From Candidatus Dormiibacterota bacterium (GTDB lineage: Bacteria; Chloroflexota; Dormibacteria; Aeolococcales; Aeolococcaceae), in assembly GCA_963791435.1 (NCBI GenBank), contig CAWBSL010000002.1:559746-623745 (forward strand): a stretch of DNA of 64,000 bases, in the 5' to 3' direction. This document shows, in pieces, positions 10,075 to 20,798 of this stretch (position 1 is its first letter; every line of letters begins with the position of its first letter). A program made the position numbers and the translations under genes. The notes beneath the pieces were generated by a model. It ran no database searches, was not told the origin of the DNA, and saw only the letters and a program-made list of their open reading frames with translations.

Positions 10075-10361
10075 CCGGACAACAGCCGCTGCGCACCTGC
10101 GCCGGCTGCCGGAAGGTGCGCGAGAAGGCCGATCTGATCCGGCTGGCCTTCGTGGCCACCGCCGGTCGGGTTACCCTTGACCCGTCTGGCCGCTGTCCCG
10201 GAAGGGGCGCGTATCTCTGCCGGGAAACGGGTATCACCTGTTTGCGCCAGTCTCGGCGGCACCGATCCCTGGCGCGCTCGCTACGGGTCGGAGATGATGT
10301 AATCGACGAGACCGCCCTCGCCGAAGCGCTGCGGGAGCTCGTCATGGAGGAATCGACATAG
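10071..10361 (+). CDS. ylxR: YlxR/DUF448 family RNA-binding protein. The start codon is uncertain, possibly CTG overlapping the nusA stop.
   Basis: The conserved N-terminal motif PLRTCAGCRKV..GRGAYLC lies upstream of the first GTG (10116). No ATG/GTG/TTG occurs between the in-frame stop at 10029 and 10116. CTG at 10071 overlaps the nusA TGA (CTGA). Confidence 0.6.
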   Translation: MTGQQPLRTCAGCRKVREKADLIRLAFVATAGRVTLDPSGRCPGRGAYLCRETGITCLRQSRRHRSLARSLRVGDDVIDETALAEALRELVMEEST

Positions 10362-12157
10362 CAACGGTCAAGAAAGTCACCCTGCCGGCAGGTCTCACGG
10401 TCGCTGAGCTCGCCGATCGGCTCGAGGTCTCGGGCGCTCAACTGATCAAGTACCTGATGAGCAATGGCGTGATGGCCGCGCTGAATCAGACGGTCGACTT
10501 CGACACGGCTGCGCTCGCCGCAGATCACTTCGGCTTCGAGGCGGAGTCCGAGGATGCGGTTGCGGAGCAGGCCAAGGACAGCTCGCCTGCCTCGGGGCGG
10601 CGCCAACACCCCCTGATCGATCTCTCCAACGCCGCTCCGGGGACGCTGGCCCCCCGGCCGCCGATCGTGGCGGTGCTCGGCCATGTCGACCATGGCAAGA
10701 CGTCGCTCCTGGACGCGGTGCGCAAGACCAAGGTCGCCGCGGGCGAGGCCGGCGGGATCACCCAGGTGATCAGCGCATACCAGGTCGAGCGCAACGGCCG
10801 CCTGATCACGTTTATTGACACTCCGGGCCATGCGGCGTTTACGGCGATGCGCGCCCGCGGAGCAGACGTGACCGACGTGGCCATCCTGGTCGTGGCCGCC
10901 GATGACGGGGTCATGCCCCAGACCGAAGAGGCGATCCAGCATATCCACGCCGCGGGCGTACCGATCGTCGTGGCGATGAACAAGATGGACAAGGACGGCG
11001 TGAATCCCGATCGCGCCCTCCAGCAACTGGCAGAGCGCGGCGTCGTTGCCGAGCAGCCTTACGGCGGCGATGTGCCCGTGGTCAGGACCAGCGCCAGGAC
11101 CGGCGAAGGGATCGACGATCTCCTCGAGAGCGTGCTCACGGTCTCCGACATCCTGGTCGAGCCGAAGGCAGATCCCAACGGGCGCGCCGTGGGCACCGTG
11201 ATCGATTCACACCTCGAACGTGGCCGGGGCGCGATCGCGACTCTGGTCGTGCAGAACGGCACACTCCGTGTAGGCGACAACCTCGTGGCAGGCTCCGCGT
11301 TCGGCAAGGTGCGCGCGCTCATTGACGATACCGGCAAGCGCATCAAGGAAGCCGGGCCGAGCACGCCGGTCGTGGTCACCGGGCTCTCCGACGTGCTGAT
11401 AGCCGGGGAGATCTTTGAGGTTGTCGAGACCGAGCGCGGCGCGCGCGCCAAGGCCGAGCAGCGCGGCTTCGCCGAGAAGCAGCGCCTCGCACAGCCGGTG
11501 CGCCGGATCACGCTTGCCGACCTCGCGCAGAACATCTCCGAAGGCGAGATGAAGTCGCTCAACCTCGTGCTCAAGGCCGAGGCCAACGGATCGCTCGAGG
11601 CGCTGCACAGCCAGGTCACCCAGATCGAAGACCCGACGGTCAAGATCAAGGTGGTCGGTGAAGGCGTGGGCGCCGTCAGCGAGTCGGACGTCAACCTCGC
11701 CGCCGTCACCGACGCCATCGTGATCGGCTTCAACGTGCGCCCGGACGAGCATGCGCGTGCGGCAGCGGAGGAGCAGGGCGTCGACGTCCGCTTCTACGAC
11801 GTCGTCTATCAGGTGACCGACGACATCGAGAAGGCTGTCAAGGGCCTCTACCAGCCCACGATGATCGAGGTCACGCAGGGCCGCGCCGAGGTTCGGCGCG
11901 TCTATCAGGTCGACGGCAAGCCCGCGATCGCCGGCTCGCACGTCCTGGACGGCAGGATCACGAGAAACGCGACGTGCCGCGTCCTGCGCGACAACAAGGA
12001 GATTGCCCAGAGCCGCATCGATGCGCTCAAGCGCTTCAAGGACGACGTCCGCGAAGTGACCCACGGCTACGACTGCGGGATCACCCTGGCCGATTTCAGC
12101 GACTTCCACGAGGGCGACATCCTCGAAGCCTTCACGATGGAGCAGCAGAACGCATGA
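10358..12157 (+). CDS. infB: Translation initiation factor IF-2, short (about 600 aa) form. The apparent start codon is ATA.
   Basis: G-domain [33 protein letters not shown]. The IF2 N-domain ([43 protein letters not shown]) is encoded in-frame upstream of the first ATG (10457). GGAGG at 10346-10350 lies 7 nt before ATA 10358. The frame opens at 10298 with no canonical start before 10457. Confidence 0.85.
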   Translation: MATVKKVTLPAGLTVAELADRLEVSGAQLIKYLMSNGVMAALNQTVDFDTAALAADHFGFEAESEDAVAEQAKDSSPASGRRQHPLIDLSNAAPGTLAPRPPIVAVLGHVDHGKTSLLDAVRKTKVAAGEAGGITQVISAYQVERNGRLITFIDTPGHAAFTAMRARGADVTDVAILVVAADDGVMPQTEEAIQHIHAAGVPIVVAMNKMDKDGVNPDRALQQLAERGVVAEQPYGGDVPVVRTSARTGEGIDDLLESVLTVSDILVEPKADPNGRAVGTVIDSHLERGRGAIATLVVQNGTLRVGDNLVAGSAFGKVRALIDDTGKRIKEAGPSTPVVVTGLSDVLIAGEIFEVVETERGARAKAEQRGFAEKQRLAQPVRRITLADLAQNISEGEMKSLNLVLKAEANGSLEALHSQVTQIEDPTVKIKVVGEGVGAVSESDVNLAAVTDAIVIGFNVRPDEHARAAAEEQGVDVRFYDVVYQVTDDIEKAVKGLYQPTMIEVTQGRAEVRRVYQVDGKPAIAGSHVLDGRITRNATCRVLRDNKEIAQSRIDALKRFKDDVREVTHGYDCGITLADFSDFHEGDILEAFTMEQQNA

Positions 12158-12552
12158 CGCTTCGCTCCGGGGCTCGCAGCCCGCGCCGCGAGCGGGTGGG
12201 CGAGCAGCTCCGTGAGGAGATCTCGGCGATGATGATCACCGGGATCAAGGATCCGCGCGTGCGGCTTGCTTCGATCTCGCGCGTCCGGGTGAGCCCGGAC
12301 CTCCGGGAGGCCTGGCTCGATGTCAGCGCCATGGGCGATGACGCCGAACGCCACAGCGTCGTCGAAGCGCTCGCCCACGCCGAGGGGTTCCTTCGTGCTC
12401 AACTTGGCAGGCGGCTCGAGAACCTGCGGAGCATCCCCCGGCTCCACTTCGAGCTCGACGAATCGATCGCGTACAGCGTGAGGGTGAGCACGCTCCTCAG
12501 AGACCTCGGCGTCGATCGTCCCGACGAGGCACCCGTGGAGGTTCCCGAGTGA
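12154..12552 (+). CDS. rbfA: Ribosome-binding factor A
   Basis: RRERVGEQLREEISAMMITGIKDPRV...VSPDLREAWLDVS. The ATG overlaps the infB stop (ATGA). Confidence 0.9.
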   Translation: MTLRSGARSPRRERVGEQLREEISAMMITGIKDPRVRLASISRVRVSPDLREAWLDVSAMGDDAERHSVVEALAHAEGFLRAQLGRRLENLRSIPRLHFELDESIAYSVRVSTLLRDLGVDRPDEAPVEVPE

Positions 12553-13551
12553 CCCTGCTTGCACCAACCACCTGGCCAAGCCTCGAGGACGTGGTGGAGC
12601 CGATCCGCACCGTCATCGACGGTGCCGACCAGATCACGTGCCTGGCGCACAAGGACGCCGACGCCGACAGCCTTGGCAGCGCGCTCGGTTTCGCGATCGC
12701 GCTCCGATCGATGGGGCGGAAGGTTCGTGTTGTCGTCCCCGAGCCGCTGCCGCGCCTGATCGAGCACCTCCCCGGCTTCGAGACCGTCGAGGTCGGCGGC
12801 GCGCCGCTCGGCGACACGGTCTTCACCTTCGACTGCGCCACCCTCGGGCGTTTCGGCGAGCGCCGAGGCGAGGTCGAGCGCGCCCGCACGGTCGTGAACA
12901 TCGATCACCACCTCAGCAACACCGCCTTCGGCACGATCAACCTCGTCGAGGCGACGGCCAGCGCGACTGGCCAGGTGATCTACCGCCTCCTGCGAGCGCT
13001 CGGCGCCCCGATCAGCCCATCGGTTGCGACCAATCTCTACGCGGCACTGTTCACCGACACCGGCGGATTCCGGCACGAGAACACGACCGAGACGGCGCTG
13101 CGCCTCGCGGCCACCCTCGTCGCGGCAGGTGCCGATCCCGGCTGGGTGGCCCTCAAGAGCTACAAGTCGCGCTCCCTCGCCCAGGTCCGCCTCGAGGGCA
13201 TGGCCGTCGCCGGAGATGCGCTCGGAGATGGGCGGACGCCTGCTCTGGTCCGAGGTGACGTGCTCGATGCTCGAGCAGACCGGAGCGGACCTGCAGGACT
13301 CCGAGGGCATCATCGACACGCTCCAGAGCATCGGCACCATGCAGATCGCGATTCTCTTCAAGGAGACTGCCGCCGGCCGCACCAAGATCAGCGTGCGCAC
13401 GCGCGAGCCAATTGACGCGACTGACGTCTGCACGCCGTTCGGCGGCGGAGGCCACCGACGCGCCGCGGGCGCCGAGTTCGCCGACCCGCTCCACGTCGCG
13501 GAGCGCAAGGTGCTCGAGGTGGCTCGCCGGTTGATCGACCCAGCAGGGTGA
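12549..13551 (+). CDS. nrnA: DHH/DHHA1 phosphoesterase NrnA (oligoribonuclease/pAp phosphatase), frame broken near 13235
   Basis: DHH domain (CLAHKDADADSLGSALG...NIDHHLSN) in frame 0 up to ...LEGMAVAGDALGDG. The DHHA1 domain (RLLWSEV..SEGIIDTLQSI..ILFKE..GGGGHRRAAGA) continues in frame +1. A single extra base near 13231-13240 explains it. Confidence 0.85.
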
Positions 13552-14489
13552 CCGGCGTCGCAGCGCCCGGGGCCGGCCCTCGTCCGGGGTCGGCGATCGC
13601 GCGCAGAGGAGGGGTCCTCCCGCTCGACAAGCCGGCCGGGATCACGTCCTTCGACGCCATCCGCCAGGTGCGACGCATCCTCGGCGAGCGACGGGTGGGC
13701 CACGCCGGCACTCTCGATCCCACGGCGACGGGCCTGCTGCCGATCTGCGTCGGCCGATCGACGCGCTTCGTGGATTACTTCCACGCCCAGCCGAAGACGT
13801 ACCACTGCATCGTCCGGCTGGGGGAGCGCAGCGACACCTGCGACACCGAAGGAGTGGTCGTCACGGGATCCGACGCCGCGGGCGTGACCGCCGACCAGAT
13901 CCGAGCCGAGCTCGTCCACTACACGGGGGAGATCGAACAGATCCCACCGATGCACTCGGCGGTGCGTCACGAGGGTCGCCACCTGTACGAGCTGGCTCGT
14001 GCCGGTGAGGAGGTGGTCCGGGAACCACGCCGGGTGACCATTCACTCCGCCGAGCTCGTCGACTTCCGGCCCGGCCACGTCGCCGAAGCGGAGATCGTGG
14101 TGAGCAGTGGCAAAGGGGCTTACATGAGGGTGCTCGCCTCCGACCTGGGTGACGCGCTCGGCACGGGTGGCCTCCTCGGCTGGCTTTCGCGGACGAGCTA
14201 CGGCACGCTCCGGCTCAGCGACTCGATCACGCTCGATGCGCTCGCGGCGATGGACGATCCGTGGCCTGCGCTGCTGCCTCCGGACGTCGCCGTCGCCCAC
14301 CTGCCGCTCGTGCAGCTCGGACCAGCGCAGGTGCAACAGGTCCGCCGCGGACAGTCGATCTGGCTGCCCCGGTCGATCCTGCCCGACGTGAGCGGTGAAT
14401 GCCGGATGCACGACCCGACGGGCGAGATGATCGGTATCGGCGAGCTCAATGGTGGCCTGCTCCGCCCGACCAAGGTGCTGGCCGGCTGA
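13548..14489 (+). CDS. truB: tRNA pseudouridine(55) synthase TruB
   Basis: GVLPLDKPAGITSFD...HAGTLDPTATGLLPICVG, with a PUA-like C-terminus. GTGA overlap with nrnA. Confidence 0.92.
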   Translation: MTGVAAPGAGPRPGSAIARRGGVLPLDKPAGITSFDAIRQVRRILGERRVGHAGTLDPTATGLLPICVGRSTRFVDYFHAQPKTYHCIVRLGERSDTCDTEGVVVTGSDAAGVTADQIRAELVHYTGEIEQIPPMHSAVRHEGRHLYELARAGEEVVREPRRVTIHSAELVDFRPGHVAEAEIVVSSGKGAYMRVLASDLGDALGTGGLLGWLSRTSYGTLRLSDSITLDALAAMDDPWPALLPPDVAVAHLPLVQLGPAQVQQVRRGQSIWLPRSILPDVSGECRMHDPTGEMIGIGELNGGLLRPTKVLAG

Positions 14490-14496
14490 CAGGCCC

Positions 14497-15435
14497 ATGG
14501 AACTGCTCCATGAGTTCCCGGCAGGGGAGACGGGCGGCGCTGGATCGGTGGTGACGATCGGCAGTTTCGACGGCGTTCACGTCGGGCACCAGCGGTTGCT
14601 GCGACGCGTCCGCAGCGAGGCGACCCGCGCCGGCCTGACCGCCGTGGCAGTGACCTTCGATCCGCATCCGCGCTGCGTTGTCGACCCCTCGGGGTGCCCG
14701 CCCTTGCTCTCCAGCCTCGGCGACCGCGTGGAGTTGCTCGGCCGCAACGGCGCCGACCGGGTGGTGGTGGTCCCGTTCACACACGAGTTGAGCACCTGGA
14801 GCGCCGATCGGTTCGCCGCCACCCTCACGGACAGTCTCGGCATGCGCCGGCTCATCGTCGGTCCTGGATTCGCTCTCGGCCGCGGTCGCGAGGGCAACCT
14901 GGAGTTCCTCGGGCGCCTCGGCGAGCGGCGTGGCTTCAGGGTCACGACGGTCGCACCGTCGATGCGGGGCAGCAGGCCGGTGTCCTCCGGGAGGATCCGC
15001 GAGTCGATCGCCATAGGCCGTTTCGCCGGCGCGGTCTCGATGCTCGGGCGTGCCTACGTGCTCGAAGGCGTGGTGGAGCGCGGCGAGGGCCGCGGCGCCG
15101 GGCTCGGCGTCCCCACGGCCAACCTCGGGGTCCAGGCCTCGCGCTGCATCCCTGCTCCCGGGGTCTACGCAGGCTGGTTGGACTTCGGTGACGGCTGGCG
15201 TGCAGCCGCCACCGGGATCGGGACACGACCCACGTTCGGAGGCGGCTCGGTGACCGTCGAGGCGCACGTGCTCGACTTCGACGGCGACCTCTACGGCCGC
15301 ATGGCGCGGCTCGCGCTGACCAGCCGCATCCGCGCCGAGCGCGCGTTCACCTCGATCGGCCAGCTCACCGCGGCGATGGCTCGCGATATCGCGCGGACCC
15401 GCGAGATCCTGCGGCGTTCGGCGCCGCCCGCGTGA
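14497..15435 (+). CDS. ribF: Bifunctional riboflavin kinase / FMN adenylyltransferase
   Basis: VVTIGSFDGVHVGHQRLL...PHP.. and a C-terminal RFK domain (GRGAGLGVPTANL...TRPTFGG). Confidence 0.92.
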   Translation: MELLHEFPAGETGGAGSVVTIGSFDGVHVGHQRLLRRVRSEATRAGLTAVAVTFDPHPRCVVDPSGCPPLLSSLGDRVELLGRNGADRVVVVPFTHELSTWSADRFAATLTDSLGMRRLIVGPGFALGRGREGNLEFLGRLGERRGFRVTTVAPSMRGSRPVSSGRIRESIAIGRFAGAVSMLGRAYVLEGVVERGEGRGAGLGVPTANLGVQASRCIPAPGVYAGWLDFGDGWRAAATGIGTRPTFGGGSVTVEAHVLDFDGDLYGRMARLALTSRIRAERAFTSIGQLTAAMARDIARTREILRRSAPPA

Positions 15436-16377
15436 CCGGTCCCGCCTTCGTGGTCGCTGAACCCGGCGAGTGCCGGGGGCAGGACGCATCGGAACTGGCC
15501 GGCGATCCGATCGGCGCTCTGCGCCGCCGGCGTCGCCTTCGACCTGCATCGCACGACGGGCGAGGGTGAGGCCACGCACGCCGTGCGCAGCGCGCTCGCG
15601 GGCGGCTACCGCACGATCGTCGTGGTGGGTGGGGACGGGACGCTCAACGAGGCGGTCAACGGGTTCTTCGATGCCGCGGGAGATCCCATGGCCGGCGACG
15701 CGAGCATCGGGCTCCTGCCGAGCGGAACCGGCGGCGATTTCCGAAAGGCGGCGGGCATCCCGGTGGGGCTTGAAGCGGCAGCGCGACTCATCGCGTCCGG
15801 GTCGCAGCAGCTGATCGATGTGGGGCGCGTCGATTTCGCAGACGGGGTGCGGCGGTTCTTCATCAACATCGCCGACTGCGGCATGGGCGGCGAGGTGGTC
15901 GCTCACATCAACCGGAGCACGCTCAAGCGCGGCGGAGTCCGCGGCAGCGCGATGTTCCTCACCGCGTCACTGACGACCCTCTGGGGATACCGCTCGCGCG
16001 TGGCGCAGGTCGAGATCGACGGGGTCCTCATCGAACGCGACGTGCGCAGCGTCGTCGTCGCCAACGGACGGTATTTCGGTGGTGGCATGCGTGTCGCGCC
16101 CGATGCCGCGCTCGACGACGGCGCTTTCGACGTGGTGATCATCGGCGAGACAGGAAGGACTCGAGCCCTCACCGGCATCCCGTCGCTGTATCGCGGACGC
16201 CACGTGAGGCGGCGCGAGGTCGAGGTGCGCCGTGGTCAGGTGGTGCGGGTCACCTGCGAGGATCCACCAATGCTCTTCGACGTCGAGGGTGAGCAGGTGG
16301 GCACCACCCCCGCGACACTCACGTGCTTGCCCGGCGCCATCCGTCTCTGCGCCCCGCGGGCGGGGAAAGGCCGCTGA
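15432..16377 (+). CDS. Diacylglycerol/lipid kinase family protein (DagK/YegS-like). The N-terminus is interrupted by a single-base insertion near 15456.
   Basis: DAGK_cat motifs LNPASAGGR...[40 protein letters not shown] 15432 overlaps the ribF stop (GTGA) and gives MTGPAFVV in frame 0. The conserved continuation LNPASAGG.. is in frame +1 from about 15457. Deleting g15456 yields [17 protein letters not shown]. Confidence 0.8.
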
Positions 16378-16411
16378 TCGATGTCTCCTGTTAGACTTGC
16401 GGCGAACAATC

Positions 16412-16678
16412 GTGCCAATCGTTAGATCCAAATCCGAGATAATCGCGGAGCATCGGCGCCACGAAACGGACACCGGCTCCACGGAGGTCCAGGTGGCAGT
16501 GCTGTCTGAACGTATCAGCTCGCTCACCGAACACCTTCGCGATCACCCCAAAGACCACGCGTCGCGTCGCGGGTTGCTCAAGCTGGTCGGCCAGCGCCGC
16601 CGGTTGCTGGACTATCTCTCGGGTACCGACGTCGAGCGCTATCGCGCACTGATCGGGCGCCTCGGTCTGCGCCGATAG
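16412..16678 (+). CDS. rpsO: 30S ribosomal protein S15
   Basis: ...[62 protein letters not shown]...[13 protein letters not shown], 88 aa from GTG 16412. Confidence 0.92.
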   Translation: MPIVRSKSEIIAEHRRHETDTGSTEVQVAVLSERISSLTEHLRDHPKDHASRRGLLKLVGQRRRLLDYLSGTDVERYRALIGRLGLRR

Positions 16679-16913
16679 TGTCAGTCGCGACCATTATTCA
16701 GACCCAAGAAACACACACCATCAACCGACCCAGAGCCGGTACCTTCCGGCGACGTCGCACTCACAGGTGAGACGTTGGGGTCCGTGTGTCAGGAAGCGGT
16801 GCCGCAGCGAAAGCGCGAGCCGGAAATCCTGATGCCCAGTCCCCAACACCTCACCGCTGGAGAGCGCGGCGGAGCGGAGCTGTCCCGGCGCGGGTCACCA
16901 CCAGGAGACACGC

Positions 16914-19064
16914 GTGGCCATCCCCGACAATCTGAAGAAAACATTTGAAACGGACTACTGCGGCAAGCGCCTAGTCGTCGAGACCGGGTACATCGCAGAA
17001 CAGGCGAATGGCGCCGTGATGCTTCGGCTCGGTGACACTGCGATCCTCGTCACCGCCGTCGCGTCGAAGGCACCGCGAGAAGGCATCGACTTCTTCCCAC
17101 TGACGTGCGACTACGAGGAGAAGCTCTACGCGGTCGGGCGCATCCCCGGATCGTTCCCACGCCGTGAGGGCAGGCCGAGCGAGGCCGCGACCATCACGAG
17201 CCGGATGATCGACCGCCCGATGCGGCCGCTCTTCCCCAAGGACTTTCGCAACGACGTGCAGATCGTCGCGACAGTGCTGAGCAGCGACCAGGAGCAGGAC
17301 CCGGCCACTCTCGCCGTGACCGGCGCCTCATGCGCGCTGCAGATCAGCGGCATCCCGCACGGCGGGCCCGTCGCATGCGTGCGCGTCGGCATGCTCGACG
17401 GACAGCTGCTGCTCAACCCCACGCTGACCCAGATCAACGAGTCCGCGCTCGACCTGATCGTCGCCGGCACGTGGGATGCGATCGTCATGGTCGAGGCCGG
17501 CGCACACCAGATCTCCGAGCACGTGATGCTGCAGGCGCTGCGCATGGCCCACGACGAGATCAAGAAGCTCGTCGAGTTCCAGCGCGGACTCCATGACGCG
17601 ATCGGCAAGCCCACGATGAGCTACCCGTCGCAGAAGGTCTCGCCGGACATCACCGCGGCCGTGCACGAGCACGTCGCCTCACGCGTGGGCAGCGCCGCGC
17701 GCAACCCCGACAAGGCGTCGCGCGAAGCCGCCATCGATCAGCTCCAGGCAGAGACCGTGTCCGCGCTCGAGGAGCGCTTCCCCGACGGTCGCTCCGACAT
17801 CGGCAAGGCATACGAGTTCGAGGTCAAGAAGGCCGTCCGTGCCGCCATCCTCGAGGAGGGCATCCGTCCGGACGGGCGTCGCACCGACGAGATCCGGCCG
17901 ATCTGGGCCGAGGTGGGCGTGCTGCCGCGCACGCACGGCTCCGCGCTCTTCACCCGCGGCCAGACCCAGGCGCTCTCCGTCGTCACGATCGGTTCTGGCC
18001 AGGATCAGCAGAAAATCGACGGGATCGGCCTCGAGCAGTTCAAGCGGTTCATGCACCAGTACAACTTCCCGCCGTACTCGGTCGGCGAGGCGCGTCCGTT
18101 GCGCTCACCCGGCCGTCGCGAGATCGGTCACGGCGCACTCGCCGAGCGGGCGGTGCACAACGTGATGCCCGAGGAGGAGAAGTTCCCCTACGTGGTGCGC
18201 ATCGTCACCGAGATCCTCTCGAGCAACGGCTCGACGTCGATGGCATCGGTGTGCGGCTCGTGCCTCGCGCTCATGGACGCGGGCGTTCCGTTGCTGGCGC
18301 CCGTGGCCGGAATCGCCATGGGACTCATCACCGACGAGGGCGCCGAGCACGCCGCGATCCTCAGCGACATCCAGGGAATGGAGGACGCCCTCGGCGACAT
18401 GGACTTCAAGGTCGCGGGCTCGGAGACGGGCATCACCGCGATGCAGATGGACTGCAAGATCAAGGGCCTCAGCTGGGACCTGATGGAGCGGGCCCTCGAG
18501 CAGGCTCGGGTCGGCCGCCTCCACATCCTCGGCAAGATGGCTGAAGCGCTCTCCGCGCCGAGAGCGGAGTTGAGCCCGTGGGCACCTCGCATCGAGGTGA
18601 TCAACATCAACCCCGACAAGATTCGCGACATCATCGGCCCAGGCGGCAAGATGATCCGCAAGATCGTCGAGGAGACCGGTGCGCAGATCGATGTCGAGGA
18701 CGACGGTCGCGTGTTCATCGCGTCGGCGAACGCAGCATCGCGGGAGCAGGCGATGGCGATGATCCACGACCTGACCGACGACATCGAGATCGGCCGGATC
18801 TACAAGGGCAAGGTGTCGCGCCTCATGGGCTTCGGCGCCTTCGTCGAGATCATGCCGAAGAAAGAGGGCCTGGTTCGCATCGGGCAGCTCGCCGAGCACC
18901 ATGTCGACAAGGTCGAGGATGTCGTCAACGTCGGCGACGAGATCATGGTCAAGGTGATCGAGGTCGACGACCGCGGGCGGGTGAACCTCTCGCGTCGCGA
19001 GGCGATTCGTGAGCTCTCGAGGCAGCAGGAAGCCGGCGGCAACGGTGCCGGCGGGCCCGCATAG
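16914..19064 (+). CDS. pnp: Polyribonucleotide nucleotidyltransferase (PNPase)
   Basis: Two RNase PH domains, plus KH and S1 (GRIYKGKVSRLMGFGAFVEI). GTG start with AGGAG 10 nt upstream. A 235-nt leader follows rpsO. Confidence 0.95.
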   Translation: MAIPDNLKKTFETDYCGKRLVVETGYIAEQANGAVMLRLGDTAILVTAVASKAPREGIDFFPLTCDYEEKLYAVGRIPGSFPRREGRPSEAATITSRMIDRPMRPLFPKDFRNDVQIVATVLSSDQEQDPATLAVTGASCALQISGIPHGGPVACVRVGMLDGQLLLNPTLTQINESALDLIVAGTWDAIVMVEAGAHQISEHVMLQALRMAHDEIKKLVEFQRGLHDAIGKPTMSYPSQKVSPDITAAVHEHVASRVGSAARNPDKASREAAIDQLQAETVSALEERFPDGRSDIGKAYEFEVKKAVRAAILEEGIRPDGRRTDEIRPIWAEVGVLPRTHGSALFTRGQTQALSVVTIGSGQDQQKIDGIGLEQFKRFMHQYNFPPYSVGEARPLRSPGRREIGHGALAERAVHNVMPEEEKFPYVVRIVTEILSSNGSTSMASVCGSCLALMDAGVPLLAPVAGIAMGLITDEGAEHAAILSDIQGMEDALGDMDFKVAGSETGITAMQMDCKIKGLSWDLMERALEQARVGRLHILGKMAEALSAPRAELSPWAPRIEVININPDKIRDIIGPGGKMIRKIVEETGAQIDVEDDGRVFIASANAASREQAMAMIHDLTDDIEIGRIYKGKVSRLMGFGAFVEIMPKKEGLVRIGQLAEHHVDKVEDVVNVGDEIMVKVIEVDDRGRVNLSRREAIRELSRQQEAGGNGAGGPA

Positions 19065-19075
19065 GGAGCGTCCCG

Positions 19076-20086
19076 TTGCGGTCTGACGGGCCGGTCGTCG
19101 CCGTCGTCGGTGCGACCGGCGCCGCCGGGGGCACGCTGGTGCGCATCCTCGGCGAGCGATCGTTTCCGGCGTCGGCGCTGCATCTGTATGCCAGCGCGCG
19201 CAGCGCCGGCCGGCGTGTGCAGACGCATCTCGGCAATATCGAGGTGCGTGAGCTGACTGCCAATGCCTTGGAGAACGCGGACATCGTCTTCTTCGCCGCG
19301 GGCGCGGGGACGTCGCGCCGTCACGCGCCGCGAGTCGCCGAGTTCGGAGGCGTCGCCGTCGACAAGTCGAGCGCCTACCGAATGGACCCCGACGTCCCGT
19401 TGGTTGTGCCAGAGGTCAACGCGGACACGCTCGGCCTGCATCACGGCATCGTCGCCAACCCCAATTGCGTCGCCATCCCGCTGAGCATCGTGCTCGCGCC
19501 GGTGCAACGTGCGTATGGGCTGCGACACGTGACGGTCGCGACCTACCAGGCCGCGAGCGGCGCCGGCCTCGGGCTCGCCGACGAGCTGCAGGCGCAGGCT
19601 CGGGATGACGCGACAGGCACGTCCCCGGTCGCGCACGTCTATCCGCACGTGCTCCACGCCAACGTCATCCCGGGCGGCTGGGCGATGCAGGGCGATGACA
19701 CCGAGGAAGAGGTCAAGGTCATGGCGGAGACGCGTCGCGTGCTTGCCGCCCCGGAGTTGCGCATGAGCGTGACCACCGTGCGCGTGCCGGTCGCGGTCGG
19801 CCATAGCGCTGCGGTGTGGGCCGAACTCGACTCGTCCGCGGACCCCGACGACGTGCGCAGTCTGCTGCGCGATTCGCCCGGGATCCTTGTCGTCGACGAC
19901 CCTGCCGCGCAGCGATATCCCATGCCCCGAGCCGTGGCCGGCAGCGATGACGTGGAGGTGGGGCGGATCCGTCGCGACACCGGGCGCGAGAACGGGATCG
20001 CGATGTTCTTCAGCGCCGACAACCTTCGCAAGGGCGCGGCGACCAACGCCGTCCAGGTTGCGGAGCTGCTGCTCCGCGATCGCTGA
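19076..20086 (+). CDS. asd: Aspartate-semialdehyde dehydrogenase
   Basis: VVAVVGATGAAGG...NPNCVAIPL..., an Asd NAD-binding plus catalytic-Cys region. Confidence 0.88.
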   Translation: MRSDGPVVAVVGATGAAGGTLVRILGERSFPASALHLYASARSAGRRVQTHLGNIEVRELTANALENADIVFFAAGAGTSRRHAPRVAEFGGVAVDKSSAYRMDPDVPLVVPEVNADTLGLHHGIVANPNCVAIPLSIVLAPVQRAYGLRHVTVATYQAASGAGLGLADELQAQARDDATGTSPVAHVYPHVLHANVIPGGWAMQGDDTEEEVKVMAETRRVLAAPELRMSVTTVRVPVAVGHSAAVWAELDSSADPDDVRSLLRDSPGILVVDDPAAQRYPMPRAVAGSDDVEVGRIRRDTGRENGIAMFFSADNLRKGAATNAVQVAELLLRDR

Positions 20087-20141
20087 TGGTCCCCGCGTGA
20101 ATCGCTCGGGCACAGCCCGCGCGGTGCACTAAACTCCGCCA

Positions 20142-20798
20142 ATGGTGGCGACGACCGAAGAGGTCCTCGAGCTCCACGGGCGGGTTCGCGAGTGCACGGC
20201 GTGCCCGCTGCATCTCACCCGCATCCAGGCCGTTCCGGGGTACGGGCCGGTGACCGCGCGTGTCATGGCAGTGGGCGAGGCGCCGGGCGAGAACGAGGAC
20301 CGTGAAGGCAAGCCGTTTGTCGGCGCAGCCGGCCGGTTGCTCACGAGCCTGCTCGAATCGGCCGGGCTCGATCGGCGGGACATCTACATCACCAACATCG
20401 TCAAGTGCCGTCCGCCGCGCAACCGCGACCCCGAACCACTCGAGGTGGAGGCGTGCAGCCACTTCCTCGATGAGCAGATCGCGCTGCTGCAGCCGGACGT
20501 GATCCTGCTGCTCGGGCGCCACGCGCTGGCGCGGCTGCTGCCAACAGCGGGGGGCATCTCGCGCCTGCACGGCGAGCGCATCCGCCACAACGACCGGGTC
20601 TTCGTTCCGCTGTACCACCCCGCGGCGGCCCTGTACAACGGTGGCCTCAGGGACACGCTGGAGTCGGACATGCGCAGGGTTCGCGGCTACCTCGCCGATG
20701 CCGAAGCGGCGCGGGCTCGACGTGCCGGCGGCGCCTCCGCGTCGGAGCTGCGCACGGTGGCGGCCGCACCCGGTGGCGCGCAGATGGATCTCTTTTGA
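20142..20798 (+). CDS. Uracil-DNA glycosylase, family 4 (Fe-S type)
   Basis: CTACPLH...GEAPGENEDREGKPFVGAAGRLL...ITNIVKCRPP, family-4 UDG motifs. Confidence 0.88.
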   Translation: MVATTEEVLELHGRVRECTACPLHLTRIQAVPGYGPVTARVMAVGEAPGENEDREGKPFVGAAGRLLTSLLESAGLDRRDIYITNIVKCRPPRNRDPEPLEVEACSHFLDEQIALLQPDVILLLGRHALARLLPTAGGISRLHGERIRHNDRVFVPLYHPAAALYNGGLRDTLESDMRRVRGYLADAEAARARRAGGASASELRTVAAAPGGAQMDLF

